From: an uncultured Paenibacillaceae bacterium
GTDB lineage: Bacteria; Bacillota; Bacilli; Paenibacillales; DA-C8
Assembly: GCA_963755735.1 (NCBI GenBank)
Contig: CAVWLN010000021.1
Span: forward strand, 9,789-73,788
Reading direction: 5' to 3'
Length of the DNA stretch: 64,000 bases
Each line of letters starts with the position of its first letter. Position 1 is the first letter of the stretch. The translations under genes were made by a program, and so were the position numbers. A model generated the notes under the pieces. That model was not told the origin of the DNA. It ran no database searches and worked only from the letters and a program-made list of their open reading frames with translations. Of this stretch, positions 22,711-34,247 are shown piece by piece.

Positions 22711-23151
22711 TCAAGCATCATTTCCTTGCGGTGTATCTTCCAGGAGATGCTTGTACTTGGAATAATCGATATTGTTCTTGTTTAGGAAGGCGATAAGACT
22801 TCTATAGTCCCGCTTCGGCGTTGCGAGAATATAGCCTTCTATACAATGATCCATGCTCACTTGCTTGGCTCCGGATTCGAGGGCGACCTGCCCGATCTTC
22901 GCTGCAATGGAATGCTTGGCCACGTCGCGGAAAGGTTTGGGCACAGGCTTTACAAGCTTCTCTAGGAAGGCTTTCGTCTCATCCGTCCACATATGCCTGC
23001 TGGAATCCACATAATAGTTTTGCCAGTCGAGCTTCGATCTGCCGTCGGCCTTGGGCAAAGATTTCAAGAACTTGCGGAACATGAAGTAACCGCCAATCGC
23101 CAGGGTCCCGATTAACAAGAGAGACCAGATGACCATCCAAACCGTTAGCAT
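22711..23151 (-). CDS. DUF2621 / YneK-like membrane protein
   Basis: IGGYFMFRKFLK, PVPKPFRDVA, GYILATPKRD. Confidence 0.75.
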   Translation of the reverse strand: MLTVWMVIWSLLLIGTLAIGGYFMFRKFLKSLPKADGRSKLDWQNYYVDSSRHMWTDETKAFLEKLVKPVPKPFRDVAKHSIAAKIGQVALESGAKQVSMDHCIEGYILATPKRDYRSLIAFLNKNNIDYSKYKHLLEDTPQGNDA

Positions 23152-23338
23152 AGTCTCACCTCGAGAATGTTTCACATCATGCAGATGTATGGAAATTCTA
23201 TTTTCGAATTATACCTCATTTATGGAATTATTTCATTATCCACGTTACAATAGAACAAGCAGTTTTCCAAACTTCATGGATGAGCATACTGATCAGAATT
23301 GATGGAAATATGGATAAGACGAAGGAGTGGTTAAGCAT

Positions 23339-24465
23339 ATGGTGAAGATCGGTTCCCATGTGTCGTTTTCGGACAAAGGATTGCTGAATGCGGCGCAATG
23401 AAGCGGTAGCGTACGGCTCGGGCACTTTCATGATTTATACAGGCGCCCCGCAAAATACGACACGAAAGCCGATCGAGGAGCAATATCATTCCCGAAGGCA
23501 AGGAAGTGATGAGCGAGCACGGCATCGAGGAAATCGTCGTTCATGCCCCGTACATTATTAATCTAGGCTCTTATAAGGACGACACATTTCGACTGGCAGT
23601 AGACTTCCTGCAGGAAGAAATTCGCCGCACCTCATATCTCGGCGTAGAGAACATCGTGCTTCATCCCGGCGCTTATACGGATAAGGATGCGGAATACGGC
23701 ATTGCGCGGATTGCCGAAGGCTTGAACGAAGTGCTGAAAGGCACGAAAGAGACCAACGTCAATATTGCTCTCGAGACGATGGCCGGCAAAGGCACGGAGA
23801 TCGGTCGCAGATTCGAAGAGATCGCGGCGATCATCGAGAAGGTACGACAGACAATGAGCGGCTGACGGTATGTATGGATACGTGCCATATTCACGATGCC
23901 GGCTATGATATCGTCGAGGATCTCGACGGTGTGCTGGAAGAGTTTGACCGGATCGTCGGCCTGGACCGAATCGCTGTCGTCCATCTTGAATGACAGCAAG
24001 AATCCGCGCGGTGCGGGCAAGGACCGCCAGCGCCGGTCGGATCGGGCTGGATTGGCTTCGAAGCGATTCGCAGCGTCGTGCAGCACGAGAAGCTGCAGCA
24101 TCTGCCGATGATTCTGGAGACGCCGTGGATCGGCAAGGATAGAGAAGACCCAGCGTCCGATGTACGAAGCGGAGATCGCGCTGCTTCGCGGCGATGTAGA
24201 AGAGCGTTTCGGCGGAGAATTTCTGGACGATGTCGAGCGCTTGCATCATTTCTTCACAAGGCAGGACATCCATCATCGCGACTATGTGCTGAGCACGTGG
24301 GAGCTGCTGAAAAGCGATGCCAAAGCGAGAAAAGCGGACGCCGCGAACCGATGGAGCGTCTATATGATATGGTGACTGAAGCCGAACTGTTACGGAATTG
24401 AGCGAGGAAGCGATCAATCACCGGTTGACCGCTTGGTTGGCCGGGAAAGCCTTGCAATGGAGTAA
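23339..24465 (+). CDS. nfo: Endonuclease IV with C-terminal extension (several apparent indels; end approximate)
   Basis: [51 protein letters not shown] in collinear frames. Confidence 0.88.
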
Positions 24466-24492
24466 TCGAGGACGTAGCTTAGGAGGAAGAAA

Positions 24493-25406
24493 GTGAATCA
24501 GACAAGTGTACAATACGCATCAAGAGAAACGAAGCGAACCGCGACAAGATCGGCGCAGCATGCTGATCTCATGCCCGGACCAACCGGGCATCGTGGCGGC
24601 CGTTTCGCAGATTTTTATATGAGCAAGGAGCGAATATCGTGCAATCCGATCAATATACGATGGATCCGGAAGGCGGCATGTTCTTCATGCGCATCGAATT
24701 TGATTTGCCGAATTTGGAGGAGCGGCTGCCGCATCTGCAGAGAGGATTTCGCGCCGAGTAGCCGAACGTTTCAAATGAGATGGCGCTTTGCTTCGCGCGG
24801 CGAAGCGCAAGAAGGCTGGCGATCTTCGTATCCAAGGAAGACCATTGCTTGTTAGAGCTGCTGTGGCAGTGGCAGGCGGGTGATCTTGATGCGGATATCG
24901 AGATGGTCATCAGCAACCACGAGGATATGAGGGAGCTGGTCGAATCGTTCGGGATTCCGTTACCATCATATTCCGGTAACGCCGGAGACGAAGCAGGAAG
25001 CCGAACAGCAGCAGCTGGAGCTCGTTGAGGGCAAGGTCGGATACGATCATCCTGGCGCGATATATGCAGATCATTTCCCCGAAGTTCATCGAAGCATTAT
25101 CCGAATCGCATCATCAATATTCATCATTCGTTCCTGCCGGCATTTGTCGGTGGCAAGCCGTATCGCGCAGGCGTATCATCGCGGCGTTAAGCTGATCGGT
25201 GCAACTGCGCATTATGTGACGGAAGAGCTGGACGGCGGTCCGATCATCGAGCAGGATGTGCAGCGGGTCAGCCATCGCGATAATGTGAATCGATTTGAAG
25301 CGGATCGGACGGCATATCGAGCGGATCGTACTCGCCCGCGCGGTGAAATGGCATGTGGAGGACCGCATTATCGTCTCACCAGAATAAGACGGTTGTATTT
25401 GTATAA
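24493..25406 (+). CDS. purU: Formyltetrahydrofolate deformylase (many apparent indels)
   Basis: SCPDQPGIVA, AIFVSKEDHCL, LARYMQI, NIHHSFLPAF, GVKLIGATAHYVTEELDGGPIIEQ. Confidence 0.88.
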
Positions 25407-25502
25407 ACTCGTGTTGGTATTCGTACGAAACAATGGGCAGTAATCCATGTTACAATGATAAAACTTAGTTTATGCCGATAAACAATTAGGAGGAAATGTT
25501 TC

Positions 25503-27522
25503 ATGAGTGTCAGCAATCAATCTTTGGACCAATTAGCGGTAACACGATCCGCACCCTCTCGATCGATGCGATTGAGAAGGCGAATCCGGCCATCCCGGCA
25601 TGCCGATGGGTGCCGCGCCAATGGCCTATGAGCTGTTGGACGCAGACATATGAAGCATAACCCGTCCAATCCGGAATGGATCAATCGTGACCGTTTCGTT
25701 CTGTCCGCGGGTCACGGCTCGATGCTGTTGTACAGCTTGCTTCACCTGTGCGGATATGATCTGCCGATGGAGGAATTGCAAGAATTTCCGTCAATGGGGC
25801 AGCAAGACTCCGGGCATCCGGAATTTGGCCATACTGCAGGCGTCGATGCGACAACAGGTCCGCTTGGACAAGGGATCGCGATGGCGGTCGGCATGGCGAT
25901 GGCGGAAGCGCATATGGCGCGACTATAATAAAGAAGACTTTAAGATCATCGATCACTATACATATGCGATTTGCGGCGACGGCGACTTAATGGAAGGCGT
26001 CTCTGCGGAAGCTGCTTCGCTTGCTGGTCATCTTGAAGCTGGGCAAGCTGATTGTTCTGTATGATTCCAACGATATTTCGCTTGACGGCGAATTGAACCT
26101 GTCGTTCTCTGAGAATGTTCGGGCAACGTTTTGAAGCCTACGGCTGGCAAATGCTGCTTGTTGAGGACGGCAACAATCTCGAAGCGCTCGGCCAAAGCGA
26201 TCGCAGGAAGCGAAAGCTGATCCGACCGTCCGACGCTTATCGAAGTGAAAACGACCATCGGCTACGGCTCCCCGAACAAAGGCGGCAAAGGCGGCAAGCG
26301 GTCCGCACGGTTCTCCGCTCGGCGCAGATGAAGCGAAGCTGACGAAAGCAGCTTACGGCTGGCGAGATGAGCCGGACTTCTACGTGCCGGAAGAAGTTCG
26401 CGCTCACTTCGCAGAAGTGAAAGCAGCAAGGCGAGAGAAGCGAACGAGAGCATGGGAGCGTTGTTCGCGGCATACAAAGACGCATATCCGGAGCTTGCCG
26501 AGCAATTCGAGATGGCGCTAGCGGCGAATTGCCAGAAGGCTGGGATGCTGAATTCCGACGTACACGCCAGAAGACAAAGCGATGGCTACTCGCGTCGCAT
26601 CCGGTAACGCGCTGAATGCACTTGCCAAGAACGTGCCGAATCTATCGGTGGCTCTGCTGACCTGGAATGCTCGACGAAGACGCATCTGAAAGGTTTGCCG
26701 TATTAAACGCGGACAGCTACGAAGGCCGTAACATCTATTTCGGCGTTCGCGAGTTCGGATGGCTGCGGCAATGAACGGAATGGCTCTGCATAGCGGTATT
26801 AAAGCGTATACGGCGGAACGTTCTTCGTATTCTCGGATTATTTGCGTCCGGCCGTCCGCTTGCGGCGCTGCAGAAGCTGCCTGTCGTTTACGTACTGACG
26901 CATGATTCGATCGCGGTCGGCGAAGACGGTCCGACGCATGAGCCGATCGAGCAGATTGCCTGCGATCCGCATCATTCCGGGTCTGACGGTGATCCGTCCG
27001 GCGGACGGCAACGAAACGTCGGCAGCATGGCGCTACGCGTCAGCAAAACAAGGATCCGGTTGCGCTCGTATTGACTCGCAGAACCTGCCGATCCTCGAAG
27101 GCACGGCTGAGAAAGCGCGCGAAGGCATAGACGCAAAGGCGCATATGTATATCCGAAGCAGCAAACGGCAAGCCGCAAGCGCAAATTCTCGCTACAGGCT
27201 CCGAAGTTCAGCTTGCTGTTGCCGCACAGAAAGCCTGGCGGAAGAAGGCATTCACGTTCGCGTCATCAGCATGCCGAGCTGGGAACTGTTCGAGAAGCAG
27301 TCGCAAGGAATATCAGCGATTCCGTTATCCTGCCGGATGTGAAAGCTCGCCTTGCGATCGAGATGGCATAATCCGTTCGGCTGGGAACGTTATGTCGGCG
27401 ATCAAGGCGACATCTTGGGCATCAGCAAGTTCGGCGCATCTGCTCCGGGACCGAAGGTGATCGCGGAGTACGGCTTTACGCCGGAGAATGTCGTCAGCAG
27501 AAAGTGAAAGACTCTGTTGTAA
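25503..27522 (+). CDS. tkt: Transketolase (many apparent indels)
   Basis: [58 protein letters not shown]. Confidence 0.92.
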
Positions 27523-27547
27523 TGAAATGACGTGTGATGCAAGATGA

Positions 27548-27582
27548 AGCGGCAGTTCCAATACAGGGGCTGCCTTTTTTGT
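27548..27582 (+). terminator. Intrinsic terminator after tkt
   Basis: GGCAGTTCC...GGGGCTGCC followed by TTTTTTG. Confidence 0.7.
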
Positions 27583-27720
27583 TTCTTGCAAAGTATTGTG
27601 GATTCATATTGTTTAGGCTGGCTAGTTACTTTTACACTTGCTTCACTTGCGAAAGCACAACATTTCAAGTATGCTTGTTTTAGTGTTTATTTAGATCGAT
27701 AAAGATTGGATAGGAGGACT

Positions 27721-29088
27721 ATGAAGTTGGGTAGCAAATTACGTTTTGATTACAGCAATGCGCTGGCGTTTGCCGGACAGCATGAACTGGATTATTTGGC
27801 GCCATATGTCAAAACAGCGCATGAGCAACTACATAACCAAACAGGTGCAGGCAATGACTATCTTGGCTGGATTGATCTGCCGACTCAATATGATAAAGAA
27901 GAGTTTCGCGTATCAAGGAAGCGGCGAAGCGCATTCAAGCGGATTCTGAAGTGCTTGTCGTAATCGGTATCGGCGGCTCATATCTCGGAGCACGTGCCGC
28001 AATCGAAATGCTGTCCGCATTCTTTCTATAATGTACTCCGTAAGGAAAAACGCGGTACACCGCAAATTTTCTTCGCCGGGCAACAACATCAGCTCTACAT
28101 ATATAAAGCATCTTGATCGAATTGATTGGTGACCGGGATTTTTCGGTCAATGTCATCTCCAAGTCTGGAACGACGACAGAGCCCGCTATTGCTTTCCGTA
28201 TTTTCAAGGAACTGCTGGAGAACAAGTACGGCAAAGAAGGCGCGAAGAAGCGCATCTATGCTACGACGGACAAAGCGAAAGGCGCGCTGAAAACGCAAGC
28301 GGACACTGAAGGCTATGAAACATTCGTCATCCCTGATGATGTCGGTGGCCGATATTCCGTATTGACAGCAGTAGGCTTGTTGCCGATTGCAGTAGCAGGC
28401 ATTAACATCGATGAGATGATGCAAGGCGCTGCAGACGCATCGCAAGAATATGCGAACCCGAACTTGGCGGAGAATGCGAGCTATCAATACGCAGCTATGC
28501 GCAATGCGCTGTATCGCAAAGGGAAAACGATAGAAATTCTCGTTAACTATGAGCCGTCCTTGCACTTTGTATCCGAATGGTGGAAGCAGCTATACGGGGA
28601 AAGTGAAGGCAAGGATCATAAAGGGATCTATCCGGCATCCGTCGATTTCTCGACTGATCTTCATTCCATGGGTCAATTCATTCAGGAAGGAACTCGCAAT
28701 TTGTTCGAGACTGTACTGCAAGTGGACAAATCCGCAGAGGAGATCGTCATCGGTGAGGATGCGGACAATTTGGATGGACTCAACTTCCTGGCAGGCAAAA
28801 CAGTTGACTTCGTGAACAAGAAAGCATTCGAAGGAACATTGCTTGCTCACACAGACGGAGGAGTGCCGAATCTGATCGTGACGATTCCGGAAATCTCGTC
28901 CATACTGGTTCGGATATCTCGTATACTTCTTCGAGAAGGCATGCGGAATTAGCGGCTATTTGCTCGGTGTGAATCCGTTCGATCAGCCGGGTGTTGAAGC
29001 TTACAAGAAGAATATGTTCGCTTTGCTTGGCAAGCCGGGCTTCGAAGATCAGAAGGCTGAATTGGAGAAACGCCTTGGACGTGCATAA
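27721..29088 (+). CDS. pgi: Glucose-6-phosphate isomerase (apparent indels)
   Basis: [44 protein letters not shown]. Confidence 0.93.
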
Positions 29089-29094
29089 CGAGAT

Positions 29095-29734
29095 ATGATC
29101 GAACAATATCGAACAGTCCGCCGCCCGGCTGTCAAGGAGATCGTCGATTAGAAAATCTCGCTTCATCGGACATGTGAAACCGGTGCAGAGTGAAGAAGAA
29201 GCGATCGAATTCATAGAGGAGATCAAGAAGAAGCACTGGGACGCTACCCATAATTGCTCGGCGTACTTGGTCGGAGACCGAGACGAATGGCAGAAGCAAT
29301 CCGACGATGGGGAGCCTAGCGGCACCGCGGGCAAGCCAATGCTGGAAGTGTTGAAGCAGCAGAAGCTGAAATACGCTGCAGCAGTTGTGACGCGATACTT
29401 CGGGGGTATCATGCTTGGTGCCGGTGGCTTAGTGAGAGCCTATACAGAGGCCACAGTCGAAGCTCTGAAGGAAGCGGGGATCGTCCAGAAGGTGCTGCAT
29501 CGGCAAGTTGCGGTTACGGTTGATTATACGTGGTATGGCAAGCTGGAGAACGAGCTGGCCGGTCGCGGGATCATCACAAGAAATCCGGAATTTACCGACC
29601 GCGTAAAAATCATTTGCTTGCCGGTATATGGCGAGGCGGAACGATTTGCCGCCTGGATCACGGATATGACACAAGGACAAGCAGCTATTGAATTTGGTGA
29701 TTCTGAGTATATCGATCAAGATCCGGATGAATAA
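29095..29734 (+). CDS. YigZ/IMPACT family protein (indel near 5' end)
   Basis: DATHNCSAY, DDGEPSGTAG, VTRYFGGIMLGAGGLVRAY. Confidence 0.9.
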
Positions 29735-29745
29735 CTAAAATCTGT

Positions 29746-29780
29746 AAAGGGGACGTGATTTTGCACGTTCCCTTCAATTT
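29746..29780 (+). terminator. Terminator after pgi-yigZ
   Basis: AAGGGGACGTG...CACGTTCCCTT hairpin. Confidence 0.6.
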
Positions 29781-29793
29781 ATGTTAAAATATG

Positions 29794-29822
29794 TTGATTC
29801 ATGCCGAAAGTTTCGGTATATT
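29794..29822 (+). promoter_or_regulatory. Putative sigma-A promoter of the riboswitch/EAL gene
   Basis: TTGATT-N17-TATATT. Confidence 0.55.
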
Positions 29823-29829
29823 TAGGACT

Positions 29830-29967
29830 ATATAGGTATTTTAGAATACGTCAGTTTTCGCTGCGGGAAGAAATACGAAGCCCCTTACCCGCATCCTGTC
29901 TGAAGGATTGCGTGTTGGTGAAGTATTTCTTTATTAGCCCTGTGCAGAATTTCTGAACAGGTCTATA
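29830..29967. repeat. Dispersed hairpin repeat, copy 2; possible MITE-like element
   Basis: Core similar to 9249-9310; bounded by TATAG...CTATA with weak terminal complementarity. Confidence 0.5.
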
Positions 29968-29984
29968 AGGGCGTCTTGATATTG

Positions 29985-30085
29985 TTTCTACTACGATAAT
30001 AGCAAACTCATCGAAAGGTGAGGACGCAAAGCTACGGGCCTAAGGAACTAAGTTCTATTGGTCGCCGGGCTGCCGAAAGTGGAGT
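29985..30085 (+). ncRNA. c-di-GMP-I (GEMM-I) class riboswitch aptamer
   Basis: GCAAAC-TCATC-GAAA-GGTGAG-GACGCAAAGC-TACGGGCCTAA...GCCGGGCTGCCGAA matches the GEMM-I consensus (GAAA tetraloop, GACGCAAAG junction). Confidence 0.9.
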
Positions 30086-30099
30086 ATGATCAACTAATC

Positions 30100-30138
30100 A
30101 ATACATCCATCGGCATGCCGGTGGATGTTTATTTATCT
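30100..30138 (+). terminator. Riboswitch expression-platform terminator
   Basis: ACATCCATCGGC-AT-GCCGGTGGATGT followed by TTATTT. Confidence 0.7.
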
Positions 30139-30181
30139 TCACTCGGCGGATGGATGTAACGCAATGAAGGGACGGAATCTT

Positions 30182-31681
30182 GTGTTTGACAATGCGTTCA
30201 TCCCGGTTGCAGCGATCATCATCGCAATCGCAATTTTTATGCTAATCTTTCACATTGGCTATCAGGCAGCACTAGCAAAGGCGACTGCTACTAACCAGGT
30301 AAAGGCGATTCGAGATCCGTTAACAGGTCTCATGAATCGTCAGACGTTTCTGGAGCAACTAGAACGACGCATTCGCTTGCGGCGGCGATCGCAGTCACTC
30401 TGCGTTGCAGTTCTGAACGTTAACCGATTCCGATGGGTGAACGATGCGCTCGGGAGCGAATATGGCGATCGTGTCATTACGTTGGTAGCGGAGCAAATTC
30501 GTTCGATGGTCGGGGAAGATGCGGTAATTGCAAGACTGAACGGCGATGAATTTGCGGTCATTTTGGATTGTGGTCTCGAGGAGGCTGTAAAGCTCACGAA
30601 CCGAATGATCAAGCGCTTCGAAGAGACGCCAATTGTTCTCACGAAGCAATACATACATATTTTGGCATCTGCTGGCATCGCTGCCGTTCCGGATCACGGC
30701 AACCAAGCTCGAGAGGTGCTGCGATATGCGGATACCGCACTGTCGAGAGCCAAGCAATCGAATCGACAAGTGGTCGTGTTCGAGCACTATATGGACCAAG
30801 AGCTGAGTGACATCTTCATGCTGGCGACGGATTTGCGGCTTGCCATTAAACACAATAACCTCGGACTCGTGTATCAGCCGCGCATAAGTTTGCAAACAGG
30901 CCGCGTGACAGCCGTGGAAGCGCTAGCCAGATGGCGCCATCCGCAGCAAGGGGACATCCCTCCCGGCAAGTTCATCACGATTGCCGAGAACACCGGTATG
31001 ATCGACGCTCTTGGCTATTGGGTCTTAGAGCAGTCGTGCCGGCAAGTTGCCGCATGGAAAAGAGAAGGCTTACATCAGTTTCGCATCAGCGTCAATATTT
31101 CCGTTCAGCAGTTATTTCGCGATGACTTTGTCGAAACGCTAGATGAAATTTTACAACGGACAGGCTTGCATCCGGAAATGCTGGAACTGGAAATTACGGA
31201 AAGCGTCTTTATCGAAAATCAGAAGGCGGTAACGATGACGCTAGCAATGATTAAGTCCCGCGGCATCCGCATCGCGATTGATGATTTTGGCAAGGGATAT
31301 TCTTCATTGAATTATTTAAAAAACTATCCTGCGGATACGCTCAAGATCGACAAAGGCTTTATCGCGGAATGCCGCTCTTCTACAGGACAGATTATAACGT
31401 CCTCTGTCATTCAGCTTGCAGATAAACTTGGTCTTACTGTGGTGGCTGAAGGTGTGGAGCATCCCGAGCAATTGGATTTTCTCATACATAAAGGCTGTGA
31501 CGAAGTGCAAGGATATTTGCTCTCCAGACCGGTCACGCCTGAGGAATGCAAGCGATTTATGAATACGTTCTCGCTCGATCACCTGCTGCAGCGAGCTTGG
31601 GAGCGGTGCAGAAGCCACGTGCAGACAGTGAATGGCAGTAAATGGGTTATGTATCGAGAGCATTCCATGCTATGGACTTAG
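30182..31681 (+). CDS. Membrane-anchored degenerate-GGDEF/EAL protein, probable c-di-GMP phosphodiesterase
   Basis: One N-terminal TM; GGDEF degenerate (NGDEF, metal-binding Asp replaced in LNVNRF); intact [28 protein letters not shown]. Confidence 0.88.
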   Translation: MFDNAFIPVAAIIIAIAIFMLIFHIGYQAALAKATATNQVKAIRDPLTGLMNRQTFLEQLERRIRLRRRSQSLCVAVLNVNRFRWVNDALGSEYGDRVITLVAEQIRSMVGEDAVIARLNGDEFAVILDCGLEEAVKLTNRMIKRFEETPIVLTKQYIHILASAGIAAVPDHGNQAREVLRYADTALSRAKQSNRQVVVFEHYMDQELSDIFMLATDLRLAIKHNNLGLVYQPRISLQTGRVTAVEALARWRHPQQGDIPPGKFITIAENTGMIDALGYWVLEQSCRQVAAWKREGLHQFRISVNISVQQLFRDDFVETLDEILQRTGLHPEMLELEITESVFIENQKAVTMTLAMIKSRGIRIAIDDFGKGYSSLNYLKNYPADTLKIDKGFIAECRSSTGQIITSSVIQLADKLGLTVVAEGVEHPEQLDFLIHKGCDEVQGYLLSRPVTPEECKRFMNTFSLDHLLQRAWERCRSHVQTVNGSKWVMYREHSMLWT

Positions 31682-32082
31682 GCTTCCTTAAAGATTTTGA
31701 CGAAGCAGTTTCGATGTCTCGGGCCGTCAAACTCACAAAAATAAATGCCCTGCCATCTACCTAGCACGAGCTTTCCTTCATGGATGATTACCGTCTGCGA
31801 AGTGCCCGTTGTAATCGCCTTCAGGTGTGCCGCTGTGTTGCCCTCGACATGGCGGTATTTTTCGTGTTCCCACGGGTACACTTCATCTAGCCTCATCAAA
31901 ACGTCATGGCGCACATCCGGGTCTGCATTTTCGTTAATGGTAATGCCTGCAGTCGTATGCGGACTGTAAATCACAGCCAAGCCTTCGCGGACCGAAGAAG
32001 TTCGCAGCAAATCCTTAATTAAATGAGTAATGTCAATCATTTCGTCGCGATTGCGCGTGCGAAGATCAATTTTGTGAAGCAT
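31678..32082 (-). CDS. YjbQ/UPF0047 family protein
   Basis: [37 protein letters not shown]. Confidence 0.88.
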   Translation of the reverse strand: MLHKIDLRTRNRDEMIDITHLIKDLLRTSSVREGLAVIYSPHTTAGITINENADPDVRHDVLMRLDEVYPWEHEKYRHVEGNTAAHLKAITTGTSQTVIIHEGKLVLGRWQGIYFCEFDGPRHRNCFVKIFKEA

Positions 32083-32222
32083 GTCAAAAAATGTCGCCTC
32101 CTTGTTCGTTCTTAGCATCAAGTATATAATACATAACAGGCTTAGGAAAGCAGTTTACAAGCCGTGGCATCAAGCGGTTGCAAGGTTTTGCACACGGATG
32201 AGAACATGAGAGGAAGCGTACG

Positions 32223-33989
32223 ATGAAAACGTTGGTCACAACATTAAATGCGAAATATATCCATACATGTTTGGCTTTGCGATATTTGAAAGCTTATGCA
32301 GAGCCTGAGTTTCCCGTAGAAATTGTAGAATATACGATCAAAGACCCGGTGATGAATATCGTATCCGATCTCTTCCAGCGAGAAGCCGACGTCATCGGCT
32401 TTTCTTGCTATATATGGAATATCGAGCAGACGATCACGGTCATTCAAATGCTGAAGAAAGTAAAACCAGACGTGCGCATCGTGCTCGGCGGACCGGAGGT
32501 TTCCTACGATACCGATTATTGGATGAGGCGAATCCCGGAGGTTGACTTTATCGTGATGGGCGAAGGAGAAGACACCTTCCGCCATCTGCTTCAAGAGCTG
32601 TCGGGTGAGGGGAAGTTTCACTTTGTGTTCGGCTTGGCCTACCGGAAGGACGGCGAGGTTCGGATCAATCCAGGACGGCCGAAGCTCGATCTTGATACGA
32701 TATCCGACGCCGCACCGATTTGCCGAGGATGTTCCCGATCTGGCGAAGCGAGTCGTATACTTCGAGACGAGCCGCGGCTGTCCGTTCAGCTGCCAGTTTT
32801 GTTTATCCAGTATTGAAACGGGCGTTAGATATTTTGATATAGAGCGGGTGAAGGCGGATCTTCTGTATTTGATCCAATCCGGGGCGAAGCTGATCAAGTT
32901 CGTAGACCGCACCTTTAATATAAAGCGGGATTACGCAATGGAGATCTTTCAATTTCTGATCGATCATCACGGCGGCTGTGTGTTTCAATTCGAAATTACG
33001 GCTGATATCATGCGGCCGGAAGTGCTGCAATTTTTGTCAGATCATGCGCCTCCCGGCATCTTTCGCTTTGAGATCGGCGTCCAATCGACGAACGATCTAA
33101 CGAATGAGTTAATCAAGCGGCGACAAAATTTCACAAAGCTCGCCAGGACGGTAACGATGATTAAGGATAGCGGCAAGATCGACCAGCATCTCGATCTGAT
33201 CGCAGGCTTGCCTGAGGAAGACTATGACTCGTTCCGACAAACGTTCAATGACGTATTCGCGCTTCGACCGGAGGAGCTGCAGCTTGGCTTCTTAAAGATG
33301 CTGCGCGGCACAGGCTTAAGAAATGACGCGGACAAATACGGCTATATGTTTATGGATCAAGCGCCGTATGAAATTCTCGGCAACCGCGTGCTGTCATTTG
33401 CCGATATCGTGCGGATTAAGCGCGTCGAAGACGTATTGGAGAAATATTGGAACGCGCACCGGATGGATCATACGCTGGAATATTTGATCAGCCGCGAGTT
33501 TACTTCCCCGTTCGATTTTTTCCAAAGCTTCGGCGACTATTGGGAAGAGCGTGGTTGGCAGAAGATCGGTCATCAGCTAGAAGATTTATTTATCCGGCTG
33601 GCAGCCTTTTTACAGAATATGGGCTCAAGCGTCCGGAAATTGCGGAAGGGCTCATGAAGCTGGATTATTTCTTGAATCACAAATATAAGCCGCGCAAGAT
33701 TTGGTGGACGTTCAGCTTGGCGAAAGCGGAGCAGGCTGCGATCATGAGACGGCTGGCAGAGCATCCGGAAGACGTCTCTCCGCAATTTGCTGCGCTTGGC
33801 ATGAGCGAGAAGGAGCTGCACAAGCATACGGTCTTGGAAGTGCTGCCCTTCGATCTGGCGGCACAATTGCAGCAGTCCGCTGAGCAGGACATGAACGTAC
33901 GGACGCTGCTGATCGTACATTACCCGCCGGATGCGTCCCAGCCTCCGCAATACTTCTACGATGAAACTGTCGGAGGACGCATTGGCTGA
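32223..33989 (+). CDS. B12-binding radical SAM protein with DUF4080-like C-terminus (2 apparent indels)
   Basis: LNAKYIH, GFSCYIWN, GGPEVS, ETSRGCPFSCQFC, FVDRTFN, HLDLIAGLP. Confidence 0.88.
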
Positions 33990-34060
33990 TCATCTTTAAC
34001 GAGAATATCAAATCAACTTAACTCCATCTAAAATACACAATAAGTTAATATTTTCATATA

Positions 34061-34089
34061 TTGACAGCATATGATGCTTCAGATACGAT
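34061..34089 (+). promoter_or_regulatory. Sigma-A-type promoter at the start of the AT-rich island
   Basis: TTGACA-N17-TACGAT. Confidence 0.65.
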
Positions 34090-34126
34090 ACTAAGTGAAA
34101 TAATGGGAAGAAATACAGGTTAGTAT

Positions 34127-34240
34127 ATGCTCGAAAATCAAGGTGGAAGAGCTGGTTTTCCTTACCGCTTAAGATTTGTAGAGAATAGTCACAAGTTTGA
34201 TCGTTATACGGTCAAAGGAAGCTGGTATCTTGATGAATAA
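34127..34240 (+). CDS. 37-aa small ORF (possibly the remnant of a longer secreted protein)
   Basis: Hand translation MLENQGGRAGFPYRLRFVENSHKFDRYTVKGSWYLDE; just downstream of the promoter; weak RBS. Confidence 0.35.
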   Translation: MLENQGGRAGFPYRLRFVENSHKFDRYTVKGSWYLDE

Positions 34241-34247
34241 TAAAGTA

